The notes beneath the pieces are model-generated. The model ran no database searches. It worked only from the letters and a program-made list of their open reading frames with translations, and was not told the origin of the DNA. From an uncultured Clostridium sp. (GTDB taxonomy: Bacteria; Bacillota; Clostridia; TANB77; CAG-508), in assembly GCA_948470875.1 (NCBI GenBank), contig CAOKQM010000002.1, forward strand, positions 9,233 to 73,232: 64,000 bases of DNA. Reading direction: 5' to 3'. How positions within the stretch are numbered: position 1 is the stretch's first letter; the number at the start of each line of letters is the position of its first letter. Below, in pieces: positions 10,301 through 18,854 of this stretch. The position numbers were made by a program, and so were the translations under genes.

Positions 10301-11090
10301 TGTAGAAGAAAAAACAATTTATCCAGGGGATGAATTCGAAGTTAATGTTAAAATACAAGATTTTGAAAATGTAGGTAATGGATTGGTTTCAATTGGAGGA
10401 CAATTAGAATATGACACCAATGTTTTAGAAATAGTGCAAATAGAAAGTCAAAATAATTGGGATATGGAAGAATCTTTCAATGAAGAAAATTTCCAATTTG
10501 TAACCGATAATAATCAATACGTAACACAAGATAGCGATATTTTCAAAATCAAATTTAAAGTAAAAGACTCTGTTACAGAAGCTTTAAATACAATTATAAA
10601 AATCAAAAATATAGAAGCAAGCAATGGAGAAATGGATATTTCTTCACCAGATGCACAAATCGAAAAAAGCATTGAAAAAAGACCAGAATTAATTACTTCT
10701 GAAAAATACAAAATTGAAAATGCAGTAATTCATAGAGTAAAACCAGGAACTACTGTGAGTGAGTTTAAAGCAAATGTTCAAACTATGCAAAATATAACAA
10801 TTACAGATAAAGAAGGAAAAGTGCTTGGTGAAAATGAAATTCTTGCAACTGGTATGACATTACAAGTAGGAAGTTCGTTACAATTTACACTTGCCATAAC
10901 AGGTGATATTGATGGAAATGGTCAAATTACTTTAACAGATCTTGCTAAGTTAAAATTACATTATATTAATAAAAAATTATTGACAGGAGTTAATTTAAAA
11001 GCAGCCGATTTAAATGGAGATGACGGAATAACAATAACTGATTTAGCAAAACTAAAATTAGTATTAATCAATCTAAAAGAAATTGAATAA
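7344..11090 (+). CDS. Secreted multidomain protein: transglutaminase-like cysteine-protease core, Ig-like domain, cohesin-like domain, C-terminal type-I dockerin
   Basis: Signal peptide. Transglutaminase core CEGYARAF..HMWNYVQI..VDATLDD. Ig-like YQWYKDGTKLEG..AGNYVLKV. Cohesin-like GDEFEVNVKIQDFENVGNGLVSIGGQLEYDTNVLEIV. Dockerin duplicated Ca-loop GDIDGNGQITLTDLAKLK / DLNGDDGITITDLAKLK. Confidence 0.8.
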   Translation: MKLKKLLIIFLLVTLFVAQISWLTLSDFVYAAESQETGKFHYDQLEPEAQIIYNALLHMYDNGILKTGNQSYDLVQNGHFTEEQVKEYEKGSSNLSSAMEAARYAFYADYPEVFYVNFQKLSIRITKDAQNKYHANLGSGRFANYYTDGFTSQEQVEQAISEFNDCVNEIVQKVNDIEVEANKNKIVQQIKLVHNEIIYNTGYRLESDCEEGNEGFLGTPYGALVKKQAVCEGYARAFKTILDKVGINNILVQGTHQSDGAAAVPHMWNYVQIEKETLARSSEKVWYAVDATLDDPFLRDTTMDPTHPDFIPGSDIQEGFENTRYCLVGTETMNKEHVALETVEAAGNYTFRYPELNIEDYGLDNVTNVNGLLVKFKQEGTETEEYKAGDFYISYNNKGYTEAAKEGKYILMKYHEYRPGDDKWIEGKWGYFLPDVYAGGFVDYVDHVYVTVPNSEYVEFAVTTLAPGDYKNNPLYLSYQGDESDFVAQSGKLYNPNGTYKSAPYIKYQTPAATASLTVGPTYHVDVTYTDDLVLADGATEAGYRMESTGATGVAESKIENFTFDGKNRITFDLTFSKMFADDDAMYRIYITGLVGKNSYKEPNYISYGASNLIACSFSMNAAKSWDVFARPTLLENSDLSMNGWQTSDGELVSEKLKSRIALVTTRTTQTEKDAMNDLMEEQLGEQELITSETYNISLNVCKKYVVKTGHRLRLSLGFPAGYGPDDAGVTFKAYHFKRDAEGNVTGVEEIPCVVTQYGLIVTCDSFSPFAIAVTENDGTVAQEKAVIVSSTEGGIIEGANREEGNIVTLAENESANLKVVPEEGYEIESVTVCGNTTEITNKDAMDVTVNYSDVKDGNCIVEAKFVAKAVTTAEEERGETVVVPKAVPAEITMPQTKMGVVNGTLKIEPTVTQTPGIQTYQWYKDGTKLEGKTNKILEIANATSEAAGNYVLKVTTTAETSSEEVESSVCAVTMVTSGFSTSIENVEEKTIYPGDEFEVNVKIQDFENVGNGLVSIGGQLEYDTNVLEIVQIESQNNWDMEESFNEENFQFVTDNNQYVTQDSDIFKIKFKVKDSVTEALNTIIKIKNIEASNGEMDISSPDAQIEKSIEKRPELITSEKYKIENAVIHRVKPGTTVSEFKANVQTMQNITITDKEGKVLGENEILATGMTLQVGSSLQFTLAITGDIDGNGQITLTDLAKLKLHYINKKLLTGVNLKAADLNGDDGITITDLAKLKLVLINLKEIE

Positions 11091-11108
11091 AAAACTAAAG
11101 GAGAAGCT

Positions 11109-11969
11109 ATGAAAAATAAAATAGTAAAAATAAGTTTAATTTTAATAAGTATTATGTGTGTAGCAGTGATGCATGTGTATGCTGCATCATGCACAGTAAA
11201 TTTGCAAACAGACAAAAGTGAAATTGATAAAAATCAAGAATTTGTAGTAGATGTTGTAATTTCTAATATTCAAGTTGAAAACGGAATAATTGCATTAGGA
11301 GGTATATTACAATATGATAAAACAAATTTACAATTAGTAAAAATGGAAGGACAGAATTCTTGGGCAACACCTTCTTACAATGAAGAAGATGGTTCGTTTG
11401 TAATGGATAGAGGTTCTTTAGCAACAAGCCCTGAAACAGCATTTAAGATAACATTTAAAGCAATAGGTGAAAATGGAAAAAGTGCTAATATTGCACTAAG
11501 TGGAATCTCTGTTTCAGATGGGGAAGAAGATATTACCGTACCAAATGCTTCTAAAACAGTTACAATGAAACTAAATGCACCATCTACTAATACCAATACA
11601 GGAAATACAAACACAAATACAAGTACAAACACAAGCAACAATCAAGTAAATACAAATAATACTACAAATAATAATACTACAACAAACAATAACACAAATA
11701 CAAATAAACCGAATGTGAATACAAACAACAATAGTGGAACAACTACGAATCCAAATCAATCTAGTCAAACACCAGCTCCAAGTGGAAGTGGAACAACTAC
11801 AAATAAACCAATAAAAGCAAATACAAACACAGAAAAAACAGGAATATTACCAAAAGCAGGAGACACTAATATTGTTTTAGTAATAGCAATTGCAGTTGTT
11901 GGCTTAGCAGTAATTTTCTATATCAAAATGAAAGGCATTGATAAAAAAGTTAATAAACATAGTAAATAA
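11109..11969 (+). CDS. Cell-wall-anchored cohesin-domain protein (LPxxG sorting signal)
   Basis: Signal peptide. Cohesin-like QEFVVDVVISNIQVENGIIALGGILQYDKTNLQLV. Asn/Thr-rich linker. LPKAG (11847-11861) followed by a hydrophobic segment and a basic tail. Confidence 0.7.
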   Translation: MKNKIVKISLILISIMCVAVMHVYAASCTVNLQTDKSEIDKNQEFVVDVVISNIQVENGIIALGGILQYDKTNLQLVKMEGQNSWATPSYNEEDGSFVMDRGSLATSPETAFKITFKAIGENGKSANIALSGISVSDGEEDITVPNASKTVTMKLNAPSTNTNTGNTNTNTSTNTSNNQVNTNNTTNNNTTTNNNTNTNKPNVNTNNNSGTTTNPNQSSQTPAPSGSGTTTNKPIKANTNTEKTGILPKAGDTNIVLVIAIAVVGLAVIFYIKMKGIDKKVNKHSK

Positions 11970-11986
11970 AAATTAAATATGATTTT

Positions 11987-12031
11987 AATAACTAGAAGTT
12001 AGTTTTAAAAACTAATTTCTAGTTATTTTTT
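11987..12031 (+). terminator. Rho-independent terminator
   Basis: 18-bp stem AATAACTAGAAGTTAGTT / AACTAATTTCTAGTTATT followed by a T-run. Confidence 0.8.
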
Positions 12032-12076
12032 AGGCTTAAATTGCAATAAGTATTTAGAAAAAAATCGAAATAGTTG

Positions 12077-12130
12077 TTGACAATTGGAATATAGCATGGT
12101 ATAATCTATTTAGAAATATTTCTAAATAGA
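12077..12130 (+). promoter_or_regulatory. Promoter plus perfect 26-bp palindromic operator of the sdpR-sdpI operon
   Basis: TTGACA, 17 nt spacer, TGGTATAAT. Immediately followed by TCTATTTAGAAAT|ATTTCTAAATAGA (12105-12130). Confidence 0.65.
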
Positions 12131-12147
12131 AAAAAAGGAGTGATAAA

Positions 12148-12426
12148 ATGGGCATATCAGAAACATTAAAAGCAATTGCAGATCCAGTTAGAAGAGATAT
12201 ATTAGAAATGTTAAAACAGGAAAAAAAATCTGCTGGAGAAATTGCTGAAAAATTTAATTTAAGCAATGCAACCGTCTCGTATCATTTGTCCCAACTCAAA
12301 AAAGCAGATTTGATTAGTGAAAATAGATACAAAAATTTTATTTATTATGAATTAAATACATCTGTATTTGAAGATGTAATTTCTTGGATTTATCGATTAG
12401 GAGGAAAGAAAAATGAAAAAGATTGA
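12148..12426 (+). CDS. sdpR: ArsR/SdpR-family autorepressor
   Basis: Winged-HTH pattern ADPVRRDILEML..SAGEIAEKFNLSNATVSYHLSQLKKADLI. Overlaps the SdpI-like gene. Confidence 0.8.
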   Translation: MGISETLKAIADPVRRDILEMLKQEKKSAGEIAEKFNLSNATVSYHLSQLKKADLISENRYKNFIYYELNTSVFEDVISWIYRLGGKKNEKD

Positions 12427-13039
12427 TTGGAAAATGTTAAGTTTAACAAGTGCAGTTTGTTTGCTGCCAGTTTTGTTTGGTGTTGTTTTTTATGAAAAAA
12501 TGCCAGAAAGGATGCCAGTTCATTTTAATATAAATAATGAGGTAGATAGCTATGCATCCAAAAATTTTGCTTTGTTTGGAATCCCAATTTTAATGACCAT
12601 TTTGCAAATATTTTGTTGTTTAATTAGTGATTGGAACGGAAATTTAGGCAAAAAAAAGCCAAAGTTTATTTCGATTGTCAAATGGATTGTTCCAATTTTA
12701 AGTGTCGTAATATCTGTAATCATGATTCAAATACCGCTAGGAAGCAATGTTGATGTGCGCAGAAGTATTGTATTTATTTTAGGTATTTTGTGTGTAATAA
12801 TGGGAAATTATATGCCCAAAATGAGTTATGAACAAATGAAAGGAAAAATACATCCAATGCCCAAAAATGAAAAAATGTATAGAAAAACAATCAGAATGAC
12901 AGGATACACATTTGTGATTTTTGGCTTTATTTTATTAGGAAGCATATTTTTTAAGTCAATCACTTCATTTATCGTAATCATAATCATGGTTGGTGTTTTA
13001 ATATTAGAAAATATTTGGGTTTATGTTAAAAATAAATAA
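12413..13039 (+). CDS. sdpI: SdpI-family membrane (immunity/signal-transduction) protein
   Basis: Polytopic membrane protein translationally coupled to the sdpR-like gene. N-terminal DUF1648-like part PERMPVHFN. Confidence 0.7.
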   Translation: MKKIDWKMLSLTSAVCLLPVLFGVVFYEKMPERMPVHFNINNEVDSYASKNFALFGIPILMTILQIFCCLISDWNGNLGKKKPKFISIVKWIVPILSVVISVIMIQIPLGSNVDVRRSIVFILGILCVIMGNYMPKMSYEQMKGKIHPMPKNEKMYRKTIRMTGYTFVIFGFILLGSIFFKSITSFIVIIIMVGVLILENIWVYVKNK

Positions 13040-13042
13040 TCG

Positions 13043-13079
13043 AAAAATACATTTATCGTAATTGGTAAATGTATTTTTT
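13043..13079 (+). terminator. Rho-independent terminator
   Basis: 13-bp stem AAAAATACATTTA / TAAATGTATTTTT. Confidence 0.7.
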
Positions 13080-13111
13080 GTTAGAAATAGGGAAAAATCA
13101 AATTGTTAACC

Positions 13112-13159
13112 TTGACAAACAATCCATATCGTTATATAATGTTAACCATGATTAACATT
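13112..13159 (+). promoter_or_regulatory. Promoter and inverted-repeat operator upstream of the DtxR-family regulator
   Basis: TTGACA, 17 nt spacer, TATAAT. AATGTTAA-N6-TTAACATT (13138-13159) overlaps the -10 element. A further TGTTAAC overlaps the -35 element. Confidence 0.55.
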
Positions 13160-13171
13160 AAGGAGAAGTAT

Positions 13172-13618
13172 ATGATTTCAAAATCTTTGGAAGAATATTT
13201 AAAAACAATGTATATACTAGATAAGCAAAATGGACGTGTGCGTGTCACTGACATTGCAGAAAAGATGAATTGTAGTAAAGCTAGTGTCAACAAAGCTGTT
13301 CACAATTTAAAAAATAATGGATTACTTCACTATGAAACGTATGGAACAATTGAGTTGACACAAAATGGAGAAAATCTGGCCAAAAAAATATTAGAAGCGT
13401 ATGACATTGTGTATCTTTTTTTAAAAGATGTACTCAATTTAGAGACTGAAAATGCACAAAAAGAAGCCGAAAAAATAAAATCTATCATCACAGATAAAAC
13501 CATTAATAATCTTGCAAAGTACGTTCATAAAGTTTTAGATTTAAATAATTTGGATTGTGATTATGATGTAAGCAAAGAAAAATGTCGAAATTGCGTTCGT
13601 AGAACTAACAAAAAATAA
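13172..13618 (+). CDS. DtxR/MntR-family metal-dependent transcriptional regulator
   Basis: SLEEYLKTMYIL..VRVTDIAEKMNCSKASVNKAV HTH. The ATG at 13172 follows AAGGAG. Confidence 0.85.
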   Translation: MISKSLEEYLKTMYILDKQNGRVRVTDIAEKMNCSKASVNKAVHNLKNNGLLHYETYGTIELTQNGENLAKKILEAYDIVYLFLKDVLNLETENAQKEAEKIKSIITDKTINNLAKYVHKVLDLNNLDCDYDVSKEKCRNCVRRTNKK

Positions 13619-13638
13619 ATTAACGGAAAGGAAAAATC

Positions 13639-14376
13639 ATGGGGGAACAATTATTACAAATCAAAGATTTGCATGTAAATGCGGGGGAGAAAGAAATTTT
13701 AAAAGGAATTAATTTAGAAATCAGAAAAGGTGAAATTCATGTTATCATGGGACCAAACGGCTCTGGTAAAACAACAACAGCAAACGCTATTTTAAATCAT
13801 CCAATTTACACCAAGCAAAACGGAAATATTTTATTTGAAAACGAAGATATAACAAAATTAAAAACAGACGAAATTGCCAGAAAAGGAATTTTTATGTCAT
13901 TTCAATTGCCAGAAGAAATTCCGGGAGTTTCGGTGACCAATTTTCTAAAATATGCGAAAAATAAAATTACTGGAAAACCAGTGAAAGTATTTGAATTCAA
14001 AGATGAACTAAAAAAATATATGGAAGCCCTAAATATGAATCCAAAGAACATGGAAAGAAGCCTAAATGTTGGATTTTCTGGCGGAGAAAAAAAGAAAAAT
14101 GAGATTTTGCAAATGCTTGTGCTAAATCCCAAACTAGCTATTTTAGATGAAACCGACTCTGGACTTGATGTTGACGCTATAAAAACGGTTTCTAAGGGAA
14201 TTGAAATGTTCAAAAATGAAAACAATGCCGTTTTGATTATCACGCATAATACCAAAATTTTGCATAGTTTAAAAGTGGATTTTGTACATGTTTTGATAAA
14301 TGGACAAATTGTAAAAACAGGAACACAGGAATTGGCGAAGGAAATTGAAGAAAATGGATATGGGATATATAAGTAG
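13639..14376 (+). CDS. sufC: Fe-S cluster assembly ATPase SufC
   Basis: Walker A GPNGSGKTT, signature FSGGEKKKNEI, Walker B AILDETDSGLD. Confidence 0.93.
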   Translation: MGEQLLQIKDLHVNAGEKEILKGINLEIRKGEIHVIMGPNGSGKTTTANAILNHPIYTKQNGNILFENEDITKLKTDEIARKGIFMSFQLPEEIPGVSVTNFLKYAKNKITGKPVKVFEFKDELKKYMEALNMNPKNMERSLNVGFSGGEKKKNEILQMLVLNPKLAILDETDSGLDVDAIKTVSKGIEMFKNENNAVLIITHNTKILHSLKVDFVHVLINGQIVKTGTQELAKEIEENGYGIYK

Positions 14377-14549
14377 AGAAGACGGCTTCTCGCCTTCTTC
14401 TCTAAAACTCATCTTCTCGCCAAAGAACCACGCGGGTTCTTTGGAATCTCCAGCTAGTTTGTTGTTTCGCGTGGCGCCACGCGAAGGGAAATTGGGTAAT
14501 AAAAATTAAAAACTGTGCTCCAAGAGGAACACAGCCAAAACGAAGGTTT
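14377..14549. repeat. GC-rich multi-hairpin intergenic island A
   Basis: Hairpins GAGAAG/CTTCTC, CCAAAGAACC/GGTTCTTTGG (14420-14444), CGCGTGGCGCCACGCG, CTGTGCTCC/GGAACACAG. Conserved module AGCTAGTTTG..GCGTGG..CACGCGAAG shared with islands B and C. Confidence 0.7.
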
Positions 14550-14756
14550 TTAGTGCCAGCAATTAAATTTCTCATCCAGGAATTCATCTATTCCTACGAA
14601 GATGTGAGCACCTGCAATAAAAGTTAATCCAATTAATGCTATGAAGCTGTTAATATTGTCGAATTTAACACTAAAAAAGTCAAACCCAACTGATGCCAAT
14701 ATTATTGGTACATATATACCCATTAAGAGTATAACCCCGGCTAAAATTTTTTGCAT
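14550..14756 (-). CDS. Small (68 aa) two-segment membrane protein, antisense insert between sufC and sufB
   Basis: AAGGAGG RBS. Two hydrophobic segments. Its own hairpin plus T-run terminator on the minus strand (14501-14534). Confidence 0.55.
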   Translation of the reverse strand: MQKILAGVILLMGIYVPIILASVGFDFFSVKFDNINSFIALIGLTFIAGAHIFVGIDEFLDEKFNCWH

Positions 14757-14862
14757 GATAAAGCCTCCTTCATAAAGTTATTTATAAATATATTATAACA
14801 CAAATTAACATAAAAGTCAAGATGCCAGGAATGTGTTTGCTGGTCTTAGAAAGGAAAATAAA

Positions 14863-16263
14863 ATGTCAAAAATGAATATCGATGAAATTAATCAAAATAT
14901 TTATGATTTCAAAAATAAAGATGAATATGATTTCAAAATTAAAAAAGGTTTGACTCCTGAAATTATTGAAGAAATTTCGAAACAAAAAAATGATCCAGAT
15001 TGGATGCGAGATTTTCGTTTGAAAGCTTTAAAAGTTTATAACGAATTGGAACTTCCAACTTGGGGACCAGATTTACGTGAGCTGGATATGAGCGAAATTG
15101 CAACTTATGTACGACCAAAATCAAAACTCAATAATTCGTGGGAAGATGTGCCAGACGACATTAAAGATACTTTTGATAAATTGGGGATTCCAGAAGCAGA
15201 AAAAACTTCACTTGCAGGTGTTGGAGCACAGTACGATTCGGAAGTTGTATATCACAGCATGAAAGAAGAATTAATCCAGCAAGGTGTTGTGTATACTGAT
15301 ATGGAAACCGCTGTCCGAGAATATCCAGATTTGGTAAAAAATCATTTCATGAAATGCGTTCCTATTTATGATCATAAATTTGTTGCTTTGCATGGAGCTG
15401 TCTGGTCTGGAGGCTCATTTGTGTATGTACCAAAAGGCGTGAAAGTGGATATTCCGCTTCAATCGTATTTTCGTTTGAATTCGCCAGAGTCTGGGCAATT
15501 TGAGCATACGCTCATTATTGTGGATGAAGGCGCGAGCTTGCATTTTATTGAAGGATGTTCGGCTCCAAAATATAACAAAGTAAATCTTCATGCAGGTTGT
15601 GTGGAATTGTATGTCAAAGATAATAGCTATTTGCGTTATTCGACCATTGAAAATTGGTCCAAAAATATGCTAAATTTGAATACCAAAAAGGCAATTGTCG
15701 GCAAAAATGCTAAAATGGATTGGGTATCTGGTTCGTTTGGTTCCAAGATTTCTATGCTTTATCCCATGAGTATTTTGAATGGAGAAGGGGCAAAAACTGA
15801 ATTTACAGGGATTTCCTTTGCTGGAAAAGGGCAAAATTTGGATAATGGATTTAAAGTGATTCACAACTCGGAAAATACATCAAGTGTGATAAATGCAAAG
15901 TCCATTTCGAAAAATGGCGGAAAATGTACGTATCGTTCGTTGGTTCGTATTTGCGAAAATGCGAAAAAGTCGAAGTCTTCGGTATCGTGCGAATCGCTTA
16001 TGTTAGATGATATTTCTGTTTCGGATACGATTCCAGTAAATGATATTCAAACTGATGAAGTGGAGTTTTCGCACGAAGCCAAAATTGGAAAAATTAGTGA
16101 TAAAACCATTTTTTATTTGATGAGTCGAGGATTGTCTGAAGAAGATGCAAAGGCAATGATTGTAAGAGGATTTGCGTATCCGATTTCGAAGGAATTGCCA
16201 GTCGAATATGCAGTCGAGATGAATAATTTAATTAATTTAGAGTTAGAAGGGAGTATTGGCTAA
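14863..16263 (+). CDS. sufB: Fe-S cluster assembly protein SufB
   Basis: Length, position and sequence typical of SufB (..FIEGCSAP..HEAKIGKISD..FYLMSRGL..). Start taken at MSKMNIDE after an AGAAAGGAAAA RBS. Confidence 0.92.
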   Translation: MSKMNIDEINQNIYDFKNKDEYDFKIKKGLTPEIIEEISKQKNDPDWMRDFRLKALKVYNELELPTWGPDLRELDMSEIATYVRPKSKLNNSWEDVPDDIKDTFDKLGIPEAEKTSLAGVGAQYDSEVVYHSMKEELIQQGVVYTDMETAVREYPDLVKNHFMKCVPIYDHKFVALHGAVWSGGSFVYVPKGVKVDIPLQSYFRLNSPESGQFEHTLIIVDEGASLHFIEGCSAPKYNKVNLHAGCVELYVKDNSYLRYSTIENWSKNMLNLNTKKAIVGKNAKMDWVSGSFGSKISMLYPMSILNGEGAKTEFTGISFAGKGQNLDNGFKVIHNSENTSSVINAKSISKNGGKCTYRSLVRICENAKKSKSSVSCESLMLDDISVSDTIPVNDIQTDEVEFSHEAKIGKISDKTIFYLMSRGLSEEDAKAMIVRGFAYPISKELPVEYAVEMNNLINLELEGSIG

Positions 16264-16414
16264 GGAGCCTTAAAGGGCTTTGCCCCTTAAAATCCCCACG
16301 AAGGGCGCTGCCCTTTCGAAACCCGCTCTTCGGTCAGAGAGACATTGGATTTGTCAAATTGGTTATAAAAGCTGGTTTGATACTGCGCGTTGGTCACGCG
16401 AGTAGGTGTATTTT
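16264..16414. repeat. GC-rich multi-hairpin intergenic island B
   Basis: GAAGGGC/GCCCTTTC-type hairpins, then the module AAAAGCTGGTTTGATACTGCGCGTTGGTCACGCGAGTAGGTGTATTTT, which is about 80 percent identical by eye to 37755-37800. Confidence 0.7.
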
Positions 16415-16431
16415 AAAAGAGAGGTAAAAGT

Positions 16432-17490
16432 ATGATAGAATTAAATGAAACGCCGATTAGAACGTCGCGAAATTTTAACATGAATAACATAAAATTAGAA
16501 AATATTTGTGTGCCAGACAAAATTGAGAAATTTGAAAATGTGACGATAATGGGTGAGAATTCAAAAATAAAAATAGAGGATAAATGTAGTATCCTCAACC
16601 TTAATTATGGGTTAAGTGATTTTTTCACCAATCAAGTAAAAGAAAATTGCAATCAAAAAATCTGTCTAAGAATTGACAGCAAAACAGAAAAAGAAGTGCG
16701 CCTATATTTTGATTTTAATGAAAAAAATTTGATTTTAATGGAAGATATCGAAATCATAGCGGGTGAAAATGCTAGGGCAACTGTGGTAATAAAATATGAA
16801 TCAGATAATGATTTTGACTGTTTTCACAACGGAATTTTGCGCCTATATGCCAAAAAAGGTGCGAAAATAAATATTATTTTCATGAATTTAATGAACTTGA
16901 AATCCCACCATTTTATGGCAATTGAAAATACATTGGAGGAAAATGCAAAGATTAATTGTTGCATGATTGATTTGGGCGGAAAAAATAGCATTACCAATTT
17001 GTATTCGAATTTAGCTGGAGACTCTTGCGAAAATACAATTAATACGATTTATTTAGGAAAAGAAAATCAGTTGTTTGACTTGAATTATATTGGCGAGTTA
17101 CGAGGGAAAAAGTCGAATATTGAAATTGAAGTGCAAGGTGCTTTAAAAGATACTGCTAAAAAACATTTTAAAGGAACGATTGATTTTAAAAAAGGCTCTC
17201 AAAAAGCCAAAGGAAACGAAAACGAATCTTGTATGTTATTGTCTGATACGGCAAAATCGCTTGCTTTGCCAATGCTGTTGTGTTCAGAAGAAGATGTTGA
17301 AGGAAATCATAGCAGTTCAGCAGGAAAAATTGACGAAAAAGAATTATTTTATATGATGAGCAGAGGATTTGAAATCAAAGATGCGATGAAACTAATGGTA
17401 AGAGCAAGGTTTAATAAAATTTTGAGCCAAATAAAAGATGAGAGTTTAAGGGCGTTTATCTTCAGAAAAATAGATGAAAAATTGGATTAA
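16432..17490 (+). CDS. sufD: Fe-S cluster assembly protein SufD
   Basis: SufB/D-family beta-helix region and C-terminal ..GKIDEKELFYMMSRGF.. Lies between sufB and sufS. Confidence 0.88.
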   Translation: MIELNETPIRTSRNFNMNNIKLENICVPDKIEKFENVTIMGENSKIKIEDKCSILNLNYGLSDFFTNQVKENCNQKICLRIDSKTEKEVRLYFDFNEKNLILMEDIEIIAGENARATVVIKYESDNDFDCFHNGILRLYAKKGAKINIIFMNLMNLKSHHFMAIENTLEENAKINCCMIDLGGKNSITNLYSNLAGDSCENTINTIYLGKENQLFDLNYIGELRGKKSNIEIEVQGALKDTAKKHFKGTIDFKKGSQKAKGNENESCMLLSDTAKSLALPMLLCSEEDVEGNHSSSAGKIDEKELFYMMSRGFEIKDAMKLMVRARFNKILSQIKDESLRAFIFRKIDEKLD

Positions 17491-17615
17491 AATTGACGAT
17501 TAAGGATTGCTTGATTATTCAAAAAAGGGGAAAAATATGGAAAAGGATATTATCATAAGATAATCGAATTAATTTAGTGAAAAAGTTAAGTTAAAAAATC
17601 AAAAAGGGGGCAAAA

Positions 17616-18833
17616 ATGAACAAATTAAAACAAGATTTTCCGATTTTGCAAAATAAAAATATCACTTATTTGGATAGCGGAGCAACCACGCAGAAGCCAA
17701 TTCGAGTGATAAACGCAATTGAGGAATTTTATCAAAAACAAAATGCCAATCCGCATCGTGGTGCGTATTCTTTGAGTATGGAAGCAACGGAAATTTACGA
17801 AAATACGCGTGCTAAAATTGCAAAATTTATAAATGCAAAGCACAAAGAAGAAATTATTTTTGCGAAAAATGCCACGGAAAGTTTAAATTTAATTGCGTAT
17901 TCTTATGGCATGGAAAATTTGCAAAAAGGCGATGAAATCATACTTTCCATTATGGAACATCATTCTAATTTGGTGCCTTGGCAAAAAGTTGCAAAAATAA
18001 CTGACGCGAGTTTAAAATATATGTATTTGAATGAGGATTTTGAGTTGTCTTACGAAGAAATCGAAAATAAGATTACGGAGAAAACGAAAATTGTTGGGAT
18101 TACGCATGTTTCAAATGTTTTGGGAACGATTAATAATATCAGAAGAATCATTGATTTAGCACATAAAAAAGGTGCAATTGTTGTTGTGGACGCTTCGCAA
18201 AGTATTCCGCATATGAAAATTGATGTGCAGGATTTGGATGCCGATTTTCTTGTGTTTTCAGGGCATAAAATGCTTGCTCCACTTGGTATTGGCGTTTTGT
18301 ATGGAAAACGTAAAATTTTGAACGAAATGAGCCCATTTTTGATGGGTGGCGATATGATTGAATATGTATATGAAAAAGAAACGACATTTGCGCCACTTCC
18401 AAATAAATTTGAGGCTGGAACACAGAATGTGGAAGGCGTGATTGGTTTAGGAGCTGCAATTGATTATATTGAAAAAATCGGTTATCATAAAATTCAAGAA
18501 ATTGAAAAAGATGTGATTTCGTATGCGAGACAAGAATTGTCAAAATTGGATTATGTGACTTTGTATTTGACACCGAATGAGAACAATCATTCTGGGGTGA
18601 TTTCGTTTAATATTAACGGAGTTCATCCGCATGATGTGGCAAGTATTTTAGATAGTGAAGGCATTTGTGTACGCTCTGGAAATCACTGTGCTCAGCCGTT
18701 GATGAGATTTTTAGGGGTAGATTCGACATGTCGTGCAAGTTTTTATTTTTATAATGATAAGAAAGATGTGGATCGATTGGTGGAAGGTTTGAAGAAGGTT
18801 TATAGCGTTTTTGAGAAGTATATAAAAAAATAG
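17616..18833 (+). CDS. sufS: Cysteine desulfurase SufS (class V aminotransferase)
   Basis: PLP-lysine context FSGHKM and active-site Cys context RSGNHCAQP. Confidence 0.92.
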   Translation: MNKLKQDFPILQNKNITYLDSGATTQKPIRVINAIEEFYQKQNANPHRGAYSLSMEATEIYENTRAKIAKFINAKHKEEIIFAKNATESLNLIAYSYGMENLQKGDEIILSIMEHHSNLVPWQKVAKITDASLKYMYLNEDFELSYEEIENKITEKTKIVGITHVSNVLGTINNIRRIIDLAHKKGAIVVVDASQSIPHMKIDVQDLDADFLVFSGHKMLAPLGIGVLYGKRKILNEMSPFLMGGDMIEYVYEKETTFAPLPNKFEAGTQNVEGVIGLGAAIDYIEKIGYHKIQEIEKDVISYARQELSKLDYVTLYLTPNENNHSGVISFNINGVHPHDVASILDSEGICVRSGNHCAQPLMRFLGVDSTCRASFYFYNDKKDVDRLVEGLKKVYSVFEKYIKK

Positions 18834-18854
18834 AAAAATATTTTTGGGGGAATT

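Noticed and set aside
11575-11800. Repetitive AATACAAACAC / AACAAT-type DNA, considered as a tandem repeat, CRISPR-like array or slippage tract.
   Set aside because: The repeats are irregular and in-frame. They simply encode the Asn/Thr-rich stalk between the cohesin domain and the sorting signal. There is no repeat-spacer periodicity.
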